From NCBI GenBank assembly GCA_024275315.1, contig JAJRZK010000012.1, positions 1,869 through 65,868 on the forward strand: a stretch of DNA of 64,000 nt, in the 5' to 3' direction. Under the pieces are notes generated by a model, which was not told where the DNA came from, searched no databases, and saw only the letters and a list, made by a program, of their open reading frames with translations. The position numbers were made by a program, and so were the translations under genes. Source of the DNA: Nitrospirota bacterium (lineage in GTDB: Bacteria > Nitrospinota_A > UBA7883). Shown here piece by piece: positions 43,977 through 53,553 of this stretch (positions within the stretch are counted from its first letter, which is position 1; each line of letters begins with the position of its first letter).

Positions 43977-45779
43977 ATGCGACGTTTTGTGGTCGGTTTG
44001 TCCATGCCGGTTATTGTTGCGCTTTTACTCATATTTGTTGCCCCTCCATACGCTCACTGCATGACGGCAACCAAAAATCCAAACGATGTCTACTCGCAGG
44101 TAATGATTCTCCGGGATCAGGTGATAGCTCTCCGGAAGAATTCCGGCGTCAAGGACAAATTCCCCTCTATTAAAAAACAGGAATGCAAAGCGCCGCGCCA
44201 CGTTTTGCAAAAGGCGATGGAAGTGCTGGACAAAATAAACAGGTTGCGGCGAATAAGAAATATGGGGGCGATAACCGTCCCCCCATATCCATCACGCGAA
44301 ATAAGCCCAAACGAAGTTTATGGTATGGTCAGGCGGCTCGTGGGCGAGATGCAGCTTTTTCTTCCGGGCGACAAACCGGCCGCTCCAAAGACTTTCAGCG
44401 GAAAAACGCCCAACGACGTTTATCGTGAGTTGTGGGGCATATCCCGCGCTCTCGATCCTGTGCTGGGCATACGCGGCCTGATGCCGGCCGATGTTTATAA
44501 TAAAAGCCTCGAAGCGCTGGAGACAATACGCTTCCTGCGACTATCGCAGAACAAGCCTTACATACATATTAAAAAGCCGGAACGCACCGAAGGAAACCAT
44601 CCCAACCACAGCCTCAAAATGGTTTACAATCTGCTGGGTAAAATAGCCGTGGCGGAGAGGAACCTCTGGATTGAGCCCATAACCCTCCCGAAAGTTTCTA
44701 TGCGTGTAATAGAGCCGCAGGAGGTTTACGACGCGCTTAACATCGTCATAGCCGAACTGCAAAGAATAAAATATCGCCTGGGGCTGGAGCGTTACATAAA
44801 AACGCCTGAAACGCAGGGGGAAAAAACACCGGACGACGTGGTGCAGATTCTGAAATACGCCATTGCGACAATGCCCGATTTTTCCAACAAACCTCTCATC
44901 CAGTACAACCCGGCTCATCTCGCCAAAACTCCTGACCATGTGTTTGCGGTAGCCGAGCATATCTTAGAAGAACTCAAGGCATACAAAAACTATCGTGGCA
45001 TAAAGGCCCCTTCCAGGAAACCTCCCGAGCAGGTTGGCCTGGAACCGCAACATGTTTTTGGCAAAACCCTTGAGAACCTGGACAAGGTAAGCCGGCTGAG
45101 GAGGCAGGTAGGTTTCGGCGAGCTGGTGGTTCCGGAGTTTCCTTTAAGGCGGGTAACGCCAACCGAAGTGTACGACATGGCTATTCGGTTGGATGCGGAG
45201 ATAGGCATCATTTACGACGCGGTTGGGATGAGTTCTGTCCTGTTTTACGAAACTGTGGGGCAGCCCGAATTTACTGGTAAAACCTCCTCGGACGTATTTG
45301 AAAAAATGTGGGAGATATCATTTTTGCTGGATACGATTATCGGTTCGGAGGGTTATACTCCATCGGATGTTTATGTTCAGGCCTTGCAGGTTGTGAGCGA
45401 AATAGAGCTTATAGCCAAGCGGGTCAAAAAGGGGATCCAGAAAATAGAGCCACCTTTAAGTAAGGGGAAAAGGCCGTCCGACGTAATTGTGATGGCGAGG
45501 AATGTGCGCAAACTGCTTAAGATGGCGAAGAAACACGCCGGCATGTTTGAACCTGCGGCGATACAGGAACCGACGTCTATCGTATCGGGCCGCATATCGC
45601 CAGACGACGTGTTTAACGAGGTGGGGCTGATTTTCGCCGAAATAGTGGAGCTTAAAATACATCTCGGCATTGCCGAAACAACGAAACTTCCCATAAAAGC
45701 TGAAGGCAAAACCCCTTCGGACGTGTACCAACAGCTTGAATCCGCGCAGGCGATGCTGGAAGGGATTCTGGATATATAA
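43977..45779 (+). CDS. secreted repeat protein: 16 x ~38-aa helical repeats with a P-x-[DE]-V-[YF] motif (no family recognised)
   Basis: Signal peptide MRRFVVGLSMPVIVALLLIFVAPPYAHC. The motif proline (or its equivalent) sits at track residues 39, 77, 115, 149, 174, 213, 251, 289, 323, 361, 399, 441, 466, 504, 546 and 584. The track start GTG 43965 is the alternative. Confidence 0.75.
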   Translation: MRRFVVGLSMPVIVALLLIFVAPPYAHCMTATKNPNDVYSQVMILRDQVIALRKNSGVKDKFPSIKKQECKAPRHVLQKAMEVLDKINRLRRIRNMGAITVPPYPSREISPNEVYGMVRRLVGEMQLFLPGDKPAAPKTFSGKTPNDVYRELWGISRALDPVLGIRGLMPADVYNKSLEALETIRFLRLSQNKPYIHIKKPERTEGNHPNHSLKMVYNLLGKIAVAERNLWIEPITLPKVSMRVIEPQEVYDALNIVIAELQRIKYRLGLERYIKTPETQGEKTPDDVVQILKYAIATMPDFSNKPLIQYNPAHLAKTPDHVFAVAEHILEELKAYKNYRGIKAPSRKPPEQVGLEPQHVFGKTLENLDKVSRLRRQVGFGELVVPEFPLRRVTPTEVYDMAIRLDAEIGIIYDAVGMSSVLFYETVGQPEFTGKTSSDVFEKMWEISFLLDTIIGSEGYTPSDVYVQALQVVSEIELIAKRVKKGIQKIEPPLSKGKRPSDVIVMARNVRKLLKMAKKHAGMFEPAAIQEPTSIVSGRISPDDVFNEVGLIFAEIVELKIHLGIAETTKLPIKAEGKTPSDVYQQLESAQAMLEGILDI

Positions 45780-45782
45780 CAA

Positions 45783-47600
45783 ATGAACCTTTCAATTACC
45801 CTGAAAATGGGGCTTTTGACGATGTTGTGCTCCTGTATTGGAGTCCTGAGCGTTAGTTTTTTTGCGTTAAGGGACGCAGGCAAACTGCTTCAGCAACAGT
45901 CGATTGGAAATATTTCGAACGATCTGCTTCGGGAAAGCGACCTTCTCGAGGAAAAGCTACGCATACTGCGCCAGGACGTGCTGTTTTTAAACAAAGCCCC
46001 TCCTGTGTCCGGTATCATCCGGGCTTCAAAAACCGGCGGGTACGACCCCGACCAGAACACCACCGGCAGGGCCTGGGAACAACGGCTTTCTGATATATTC
46101 ACAAACGTTTTGAGACAACGCGGGTCATATTTCCAGATACGCTTTATAGGTGTGGCCGATAACGGGAAAGAGCTTGTGCGGGTAGAGCGCAAAGAGGGCC
46201 GAATATCCGCCAAGAAAAAAGAAGCGTTGCAACGAAAGGGAGATAGATATTATTTCCGTGAAATCATAAAACTGTCTCCCGGCGAAGTCTATTATTCAAA
46301 AATCGACCTGAACGTGGAAGGTGGGGAAATAGAGGAGCCGTACCGTACCACGATACGAGCCGGATCGCCGGTATACGATGAGGCGACCGGCGATGTTTTC
46401 GGGATCGTGGTAATAAACGCCGATTTTAATAAAATGGCGGCCGGATTGCTGTCTCCCCCAAACAACACGTTCTATTTTTTGGCGAATAACGACGGCGAAT
46501 ACCTGATACATCCCAACAGGAAAAAACGGTACGCTCTCATGTTCGACCGCACCGCCAAATATACGAACGATTATCCGTTAACAAAGGAAAATCTTGAGAA
46601 ATTGCACCGGGGTGGTTTTGAAGCCATAGACCTGCCCGAACAAAGCGCAGGGGTGGTTTTGCGCCACTCCCATTTCGATCCATCCAGTCCTGATCGTTTT
46701 CTTGCAATAGGAGCCGTGGTCGATCACTCCGTTATCGAGGCCACAACGATGAACCTGCAACATAGGCTGATTGCGATAGCTTTTTTTGTGGCTCTACTGC
46801 TTGGCGCAATTGTGGCTTTCGGGGTGAGCGTTCTTACAAGACCCATAAACAAGCTGAAAAAAGCGGTCGATCTCATAAGCGAGGGGCGTGAAGATGTCGA
46901 AATACCGCACCTGGGGAATGACGAGATAGGCAAATTCGCCGATTCAATGCGCGATATGCTGAAGAAGAAAGCGTCATCGCAAAAGGCGCTGAAAGAACTG
47001 GCCGGGTCGCTGGAAGAGCAGGTGAAGGAACGCACCCAGAAACTGCGCAAGTCGGAGCAACATATCAGAACAATAGTAAAAACCGTTGGGGAGGGGATAG
47101 TAGTTGTTGATTCGGGTTCGCGGATACTGCTTGTCAACGAGGAGATATCGAGCATATTCGGATATTCCGAAGATGAGCTTCTGGGGAAAAATATCAGGGT
47201 GCTGATGCCGGAAAAGTACCGCGCCGACTATGAAGACGGAATAAGAAATTACCTGGGTATGGGAAAGGTTGCGGCGCCGGGGAAAAGGATGGAGCTGGAG
47301 GGACTGCGCAAAAACGGAACCGTTTTCCCTATAGAACTGAGAGTGGAAGAAACCGCAGGTGATGGGGAAGAGAGGTTGTTCACCGGATCAATAAGGGACA
47401 TCACCGAGCGTAAGAAGGGGGAGGAGGAACTGAAGAAAGTTCACGCCGATTTGATAGAAAGAAACAAGCGCCTTGAGAGGTTCCACAAAATTACCGTCGA
47501 CAGAGAGATGGAAATGATCAAACTGAAAAAAGAGGTGAACGCTCTTCTCAAGGAGGCTGGCAGGGCGGGGAAATATGAAATCCGGTTAGGGAAAATATGA
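45783..47600 (+). CDS. membrane sensor: periplasmic Cache-like region + HAMP + PAS + coiled coil, with no transmitter domain
   Basis: TM1 (LLTMLCSCIGVLSVSFFAL), a ~290-aa periplasmic region, TM2 (LIAIAFFVALLLGAIVAFGVSVL), HAMP (RPINKLKKAVDLISEG...IGKFADSMRDML) and PAS (VGEGIVVVDS...GSIRDITERKK). It ends without an H-box. The start lies 3 nt after the upstream stop. Confidence 0.8.
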   Translation: MNLSITLKMGLLTMLCSCIGVLSVSFFALRDAGKLLQQQSIGNISNDLLRESDLLEEKLRILRQDVLFLNKAPPVSGIIRASKTGGYDPDQNTTGRAWEQRLSDIFTNVLRQRGSYFQIRFIGVADNGKELVRVERKEGRISAKKKEALQRKGDRYYFREIIKLSPGEVYYSKIDLNVEGGEIEEPYRTTIRAGSPVYDEATGDVFGIVVINADFNKMAAGLLSPPNNTFYFLANNDGEYLIHPNRKKRYALMFDRTAKYTNDYPLTKENLEKLHRGGFEAIDLPEQSAGVVLRHSHFDPSSPDRFLAIGAVVDHSVIEATTMNLQHRLIAIAFFVALLLGAIVAFGVSVLTRPINKLKKAVDLISEGREDVEIPHLGNDEIGKFADSMRDMLKKKASSQKALKELAGSLEEQVKERTQKLRKSEQHIRTIVKTVGEGIVVVDSGSRILLVNEEISSIFGYSEDELLGKNIRVLMPEKYRADYEDGIRNYLGMGKVAAPGKRMELEGLRKNGTVFPIELRVEETAGDGEERLFTGSIRDITERKKGEEELKKVHADLIERNKRLERFHKITVDREMEMIKLKKEVNALLKEAGRAGKYEIRLGKI

Positions 47601-49183
47601 AAATCATCGTTATAGATCAAAACGACAAGGTGATAGGTAAAATCCATGGATATTTCAGAAGGCTCCACTTTGAATATTACGACAAAACTCACACTATGGA
47701 GTTTCACGGGGTTGGTTCGGGCCGGGCGGCCCTGGAGCGGATAATCAGTGATTACCAGCAAGAAGCTCCGTGTGATCTTATCATAACCACCCGGGATACA
47801 GGCGATCTTTCCGGCCTGGAGCTTGGTAAAAGGCTGATGGCCCTTGAAATCGCGCCTGCGGTTCCGATTGTCCTGTATGTCGACGACCCGGAGAAATTCC
47901 TGAAAGACAAAGATGTGGGAAGTGAAATTACTCTTTGTTGCAAGCCTTTCGACAGCTATGAATCTTGTGAGAAGATTATGGAAAAAGTGTGCGCGGTCCT
48001 TATATCGCGGGAGGTGGAATCCAGGATAGAAAAAGTCGACGCTCTGATGGAAAAACAGGGCACAGATGACTTCATCGCAACCCTGGAAAACTATTATATG
48101 CACTCCGCCAGGAATATCAGCGTTTACAAATCCTACGCCCCCTGGTCCGAGTTGCCCTATAAAAGCCTGGCGGATATCTATATCGGATCCAATAAACATC
48201 GTGATGCGATTCCGTATTTAAAGACCGCTCTGAAAATAAATTATCATAATTACGAAACCCATAAAAACCTGGCGCTTTGCTACAGGAAAATCGGTTTGTC
48301 TTTCGAGGAGCTCGAAGAGCTTAGAACCACCTTGTGTAAATTTCCCCATTCATCTCCAACGCTGTTGAAGATCGGGGAGGCGTTGCTTCGTGAAGGGGAC
48401 TATCTGAGCGCCGCCGAGCATTTTAAGCAGGCGATAGCCTTCCATAAACCCGCCGACACCTATCGACTGAAGGCCCGCTCCCACGTGGGCCTCGGAAAAG
48501 CCTATATGGCCGATGGTGACGAGAACAACGATTCATCGAAGCACGAAATGGCGAAGGACGAATTCAAAAACGCGGTGCACGTCGACCCGATGCTGTTGGC
48601 CGCGTATAACAACCTGATCATCGTTTATAACAAGCTGGGGATGGTCGAGGAAGCGGCTGAGACGATGGCGCGAGCCGTGAAGCTGTTGCCAGATGATTCC
48701 GACGGATGGCTGAACCTGTTTGAGATTTATCTTCGCGAGGGCGAAGAGAGAAAAGCGAAACACGCTCTTCGAAAAATCATACGTTCGGAACCGGAAAACC
48801 AGATAATACTCTGCACGGCCGCCGAAACCTACATGCGCCAGGAGATGTTCTCTGACGCGATCGAGCTTTTCAAAAACGCGCTGAAGGTAAATCCTTCCGG
48901 TATCCGTATTCACAATTTCATGGGTATATGCTTCAGGCGGCTTGGCGAGTATGAGGAGGCGATTTCCCATTATCGCAAGGCGCTCCAGATAGACCCTTCC
49001 GATTGCAACATCCACTTCAACCTCGGCCAGGCGTACTGGAGCGCGAAGAAGCTGGCTTCGGCTGAAAAATGTTTTAAAACCGCGGTCCAACTGGATCCGG
49101 AATTTGACGAAGCGAAAAAGGCGCTGTTGATGATTGCAGATCATCCAGACCCGGATGACAACCGAAGGGCGGGCATTCGCTGA
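47597..49183 (+). CDS. receiver-like (probable pseudo-receiver) domain fused to TPR repeats
   Basis: MKIIVIDQND... CDLIITTRDTGDLSG ... CCKPF follows the REC topology, but the phospho-acceptor position reads Thr by my manual alignment. The C-terminal ~330 aa carry TPR motifs. It overlaps the upstream stop by 4 nt (ATGA). Confidence 0.7.
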   Translation: MKIIVIDQNDKVIGKIHGYFRRLHFEYYDKTHTMEFHGVGSGRAALERIISDYQQEAPCDLIITTRDTGDLSGLELGKRLMALEIAPAVPIVLYVDDPEKFLKDKDVGSEITLCCKPFDSYESCEKIMEKVCAVLISREVESRIEKVDALMEKQGTDDFIATLENYYMHSARNISVYKSYAPWSELPYKSLADIYIGSNKHRDAIPYLKTALKINYHNYETHKNLALCYRKIGLSFEELEELRTTLCKFPHSSPTLLKIGEALLREGDYLSAAEHFKQAIAFHKPADTYRLKARSHVGLGKAYMADGDENNDSSKHEMAKDEFKNAVHVDPMLLAAYNNLIIVYNKLGMVEEAAETMARAVKLLPDDSDGWLNLFEIYLREGEERKAKHALRKIIRSEPENQIILCTAAETYMRQEMFSDAIELFKNALKVNPSGIRIHNFMGICFRRLGEYEEAISHYRKALQIDPSDCNIHFNLGQAYWSAKKLASAEKCFKTAVQLDPEFDEAKKALLMIADHPDPDDNRRAGIR

Positions 49184-49196
49184 AAAAGGGTAGCTG

Positions 49197-51812
49197 GTGA
49201 AAAACAATAAAGAAAAAGAAAAGTCGACAGGCGGGTATGGACGTCCTAATCCATTAAGTGTTTCCATTATTCTTGTAGTGATAATTTTCGCCTCCGAGGC
49301 GTTGCTCATGGCTTTTCTGTCCATCCTGCCCCCTTTGCCAGCGATGACGGCCACACTTATCGATTCCGTATTGCTTGTGGCGCTGATCGTTCCATTTATG
49401 TATTTCCTCATTTACCGCCCCATGGCAGAGCAGATCTCCAAACTCAGGAGTAAGGACGAAGAGCTTGGAGAAATGGCCATCTCCATCGAGGAAATCAAAA
49501 CCAGGTTCATCGAGTACGATCTGATATTGAGAACAACCTCCGAAAGCATTCTGCGAATAGATACGGAAGGAACGATCCACGCCATAAACGACGTCGGCGT
49601 CAGAATGTTCGGCTATGAAAACGGCGAGCTCGAGGGAAAGAACCTTTCGGTGATACTGCCTCACGACAGCCCCGAAGCGTTGCTTCGCGGTTACGAATTG
49701 TTTCTTGATGGCTGGGATGAGGCAGTGAGTCCGGAGCCGCACGCCATGGAAGGGCAGGCTCTTACCAGAGACGGCCGTAGCATACAGGTAGAGCTGTCAA
49801 TTTCCGACTGCATGATTGATTTAAAAACCTATTACATAATTATCATCCGAGAGATCACCAAGCGAAAACTCGTGGAAAACGCGCTACGGGAAAGTGAGGA
49901 AAAGTACCGCTCTCTGTTCGTGAACATGCTTTCCGGTTATACATATTGCAAAATGATATTCGACGAAAATAATCAGCCCGTTGACTGGATTTATCTGGAG
50001 GTTAACGACGCTTTTGAAAAGCTTACCGGGCTGAGCAGGAAAGATGTCGTAGGCAAAAGGGCGACCGATGCGATACCTGGCATTAAGAATTTCAAACCCG
50101 ATTTGTTTGAAATCTACGGCAAAGTCGCGGCAACCTGCGAAGGGACCAGCATCACCGTATTTTTCGACACCCTGGATCTCTGGTTAACCATCTCCCTGTA
50201 TTGTCCCCAAAAAGGTTATTTTGTCGCTGTATTTGAGGATATCACCGAGCGCAAACAGGCGGAAGAGACGCTTAAGAAAGCCAATGCAGAGCTTAAGCAG
50301 TCGCAGGCGGCCTACTTGAACATCATGGACGATTTCGAGAGGCAGAACAGGGAATTGCAGAAAAGCAGGGAAAGCCTCGCCAAGGCGCAGGAAATGGCTC
50401 AACTTGGGAACTGGGACTGGGACGTAGTAAGTGACGAAATGTACTGGTCCGGCCAGGTATACCGTATTTTCGGATATTTGCCGAAAGAGCTTATGGCGAC
50501 ATATGAAAACCTGATAAAAAGAGCGCACAAGGATGATACGGAGTTTGTCAAACATTCGTTTTTTCAGGCTCTTTTTGAAAAAAAAGAGCTGTCGATCGAT
50601 TATCGCGTTGTTCTGCCTGATGGAACAGAGAAGATAGTTCATTTGCAGGGGGAAGTCACCTTTAACGATAAAAACGAATCCATTCGACTGTTCGGGACAA
50701 TACAGGACATTACGGAGCGTAAGAAGAGTGAAGAAGTTCTCAAAAGGGCCAAGGAAGAGGCGGAAGAAGCGACTAGGCTGAAAGATAAATTCGTTAATCT
50801 TGTGGCGCATGATCTGCGTTCGCCGTTTGCGTCGATAACGGGGGCGCTAAAATTATTGAGCGATGATCCGGAGTTAAAGCTGAACCCCGATCAGCGTAAA
50901 CTGATAAATTCTGTTTTGAAAAGCGGTGACCGGATGGTCTCGATGATTGACGAAATGTTGGATATCAGCAGGCTCCAGACCGGGAAAATCCAGTTGAAAC
51001 CAAGGTTCTTCGACGGGCGAATGGTGGTTGGCGCGGTGTTGGGAAGCATTATCTTCAGAGCAGATGAAAAGGGTATCGAAGTCGTCAACGAGGTTCCCGA
51101 AGGCGCAAGATTACACGCAGACATAACGCTCTTTTCCGAGACGATATCCAACCTGGTTTCCAACGCGGTCAAGTTCTGTGACAAGGGCGATACCGTCACC
51201 CTGTTTATTCCGCCAGAGCGCCCCACTACTATCGCGGTAAAGGACACAGGCTCCGGCATCAAGGAGAGCATTTTACCTGACCTTTTCAAGAGCGAAGTGA
51301 AAACCACCACCGCTGGCTCTTCAGGTGAGCTTGGAACGGGTCTGGGGCTTCCCTATAGCTATGAGATAATGCAGGCGCATGGCGGGGACATCACTGTTGA
51401 GAGCGTGAAAGGGGAAGGGAGCGTATTCTACGTCGAATTGCCATATGTAAAACCGCGGGTTATGATCGTTGATGATGAAAAAGTCACTCGTCAGCTGTTA
51501 ACAGTATTTCTTGACGATCTGGATGTGGAGATCATCGAAGCCGAGAATGGTCGGGAGGCCCTCAAAGCGATTGAAGATCACCCCCCGCACGTGATCCTCA
51601 GCGATATCGAGATGCCGGTTATGGATGGCTTCGCTTTTCTTAAGGAAATCATGGGTAATGACAAAACGAATTCCATTCCGGTAATTATCGTCACTGGAAA
51701 CACGAAGATGAAAATTCGCGAGAAATTCATTTGGATGGGAGCGAGCGATTTCATCACAAAACCGATCAGGGAAGAAGAATTTATCCCTCGGATAAGGAGA
51801 TACATCATTTAA
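49197..51812 (+). CDS. hybrid sensor histidine kinase (2 TM + 3 PAS + HisKA + HATPase + REC)
   Basis: H-box FVNLVAHDLRSPF, N/G boxes (SNAVKF..., DTGSGI, GTGLGL), and a C-terminal receiver (VMIVDDEK...VILSDIEMPVMDG...KPI). GTG start preceded by AAAAAGGG. Confidence 0.9.
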   Translation: MKNNKEKEKSTGGYGRPNPLSVSIILVVIIFASEALLMAFLSILPPLPAMTATLIDSVLLVALIVPFMYFLIYRPMAEQISKLRSKDEELGEMAISIEEIKTRFIEYDLILRTTSESILRIDTEGTIHAINDVGVRMFGYENGELEGKNLSVILPHDSPEALLRGYELFLDGWDEAVSPEPHAMEGQALTRDGRSIQVELSISDCMIDLKTYYIIIIREITKRKLVENALRESEEKYRSLFVNMLSGYTYCKMIFDENNQPVDWIYLEVNDAFEKLTGLSRKDVVGKRATDAIPGIKNFKPDLFEIYGKVAATCEGTSITVFFDTLDLWLTISLYCPQKGYFVAVFEDITERKQAEETLKKANAELKQSQAAYLNIMDDFERQNRELQKSRESLAKAQEMAQLGNWDWDVVSDEMYWSGQVYRIFGYLPKELMATYENLIKRAHKDDTEFVKHSFFQALFEKKELSIDYRVVLPDGTEKIVHLQGEVTFNDKNESIRLFGTIQDITERKKSEEVLKRAKEEAEEATRLKDKFVNLVAHDLRSPFASITGALKLLSDDPELKLNPDQRKLINSVLKSGDRMVSMIDEMLDISRLQTGKIQLKPRFFDGRMVVGAVLGSIIFRADEKGIEVVNEVPEGARLHADITLFSETISNLVSNAVKFCDKGDTVTLFIPPERPTTIAVKDTGSGIKESILPDLFKSEVKTTTAGSSGELGTGLGLPYSYEIMQAHGGDITVESVKGEGSVFYVELPYVKPRVMIVDDEKVTRQLLTVFLDDLDVEIIEAENGREALKAIEDHPPHVILSDIEMPVMDGFAFLKEIMGNDKTNSIPVIIVTGNTKMKIREKFIWMGASDFITKPIREEEFIPRIRRYII

Positions 51813-52037
51813 TTTACAGTCCATCCTGCGGGTTCCGATCAGCCTGCCGGTCTACGTGCGCGTCATAGCCTTTGCGCAGGTCTCGCAAAAAGGGGGCAAG
51901 CTCTTTGTTTTGGCGTCTTGTTGAAGTGCGATAACGCCACTCACCATGAGTATGGTGGCGTCACTCATCATGTCAGGCTGTTCTGGGATCGGGTTTCCGA
52001 ACGCTTTTTTATCCGTCGCATTGCGAGTGACGGGATT

Positions 52038-52113
<76 letters not shown>

Positions 52114-52201
52114 ATGAAGACAACATAACCAAAATCATACGCTCCAGTCAAGGAGCCATTCAACATCGGTCGATAAAAATGTGGAGTTTTCCCGTCTCTC
52201 C

Positions 52202-53104
52202 TTAAATCATAACTCTTTTCGGGTTGATCGTCCCGAACGGGAATCCCGCGATGGGTGGTCCGCTTAGCTCGCCGACACCCAGCAGGCTCCCATCTTTGCT
52301 GACGATGCGGGTCAGGCTCGCGCCTTCCACGTTTTCGAAATCCACCACGTCAGACACCCCCAGAGGCTGGCCGTTGACCAGTCGTCCGCGGGTATGGGAT
52401 AGCACGACCGCTTTGGACAGGTGGTTCAACCCGTCAACAAGGGATACCAGGTTTTTTCTGGCCGTATCGTGGTCGATTTCGTCGAGGGCAATGGCGTCCT
52501 CCACCCTGAACAGGCCGGATGAGAGCCGTGTCAACGCCGACAGGTGGCCGTACACACCCAGGGCGTTCCCTATATCGTTGCAGATCGTGCGCATATACGT
52601 CCCCGTAGACACCTTGGCCACGAACCTGATATCCGGTCCGTTTTTTCCCAGAACGTCGAGGCTGTAAACTGTTGTACGGACAGGTTTGCGCTCCACTTCC
52701 TTGCCCTGCCGCGCCAGGCTGTACAGCCGTTTACCATCAACCTTTTTCGCGGAGAACATGGGGGGGATCTGCTCAATTTCGCCGACATACTTCACCGCCG
52801 CCTGCTTGACCATATCCTCGGTGATTGCGGATGGGTCCGCCTCGTTGACAACCGTTCCGGTCCGATCCTGTGTGTCGGTTTGCGCGCCCAGTGTCAGCAC
52901 CGTGTCATACACCTTGTCCTGCCGCTCCAGGAACGGTATCAGCTTGGTCGCCTTGCCCAGCGCCATCACCAGCACCCCCTTGGCGATCGGGTCCAGGGTG
53001 CCGATATATCCTATTTTCTTCGGTTTGATCGCTTGCTTTATATTCCGCACAACTTGGGCCGATGTGATCCCATCTGGCTTGTCGATGTTTAAAAATCCGT
53101 CCAT
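52202..53104 (-). CDS. truB: tRNA pseudouridine(55) synthase
   Basis: GFLNIDKP.G.TS..VV......... K.G..GTLDP.A.GVL catalytic Asp motif. The start is taken at MDGFLNI (the track ORF begins 12 nt earlier). Confidence 0.9.
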   Translation of the reverse strand: MDGFLNIDKPDGITSAQVVRNIKQAIKPKKIGYIGTLDPIAKGVLVMALGKATKLIPFLERQDKVYDTVLTLGAQTDTQDRTGTVVNEADPSAITEDMVKQAAVKYVGEIEQIPPMFSAKKVDGKRLYSLARQGKEVERKPVRTTVYSLDVLGKNGPDIRFVAKVSTGTYMRTICNDIGNALGVYGHLSALTRLSSGLFRVEDAIALDEIDHDTARKNLVSLVDGLNHLSKAVVLSHTRGRLVNGQPLGVSDVVDFENVEGASLTRIVSKDGSLLGVGELSGPPIAGFPFGTINPKRVMI

Positions 53105-53143
53105 ACCGCAAAACACCTGCTGTTAAATGACAGTGCCACCGCA

Positions 53144-53530
53144 CTAATCTTTTTCAGTTTCCTCTTTTTCCGCGCCATCGTTTTCGGGCAATACCTCTCT
53201 GAGGATGGAGCTGATCCGTGAGCCGCGCTCGATGGAGTCGTCCAGCCTGAAATCTATCTCCGGTGACATCCTGATCCGCATCCGTTTGCCCACCAGAGAA
53301 CGGATGAAACCGGCTCCATGACGTAACGCCTCCATCGTCCCCGGTTTGCTCTTGTCATCGCCATACACGGAAACAAAGACGGTCGCGTGCCGAAGGTCCT
53401 TGCTGGTTTCGACCCTGGTCAACGATATCATGCCGCTGATACGCGGGTCTTTCATCTCTGTATGGATGATATTGGAAATCTCCCGAAGCAACTCTTCGGA
53501 CACCCGTTCAGACCTGTGAAAACGTTTCAT
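53144..53530 (-). CDS. rbfA: ribosome-binding factor A
   Basis: R..RV.E.L.REIS.II....KDPR......T.V..S.DL..A.V. Confidence 0.85.
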   Translation of the reverse strand: MKRFHRSERVSEELLREISNIIHTEMKDPRISGMISLTRVETSKDLRHATVFVSVYGDDKSKPGTMEALRHGAGFIRSLVGKRMRIRMSPEIDFRLDDSIERGSRISSILREVLPENDGAEKEETEKD

Positions 53531-53553
53531 CGCACACACACCGTACAAACCTG

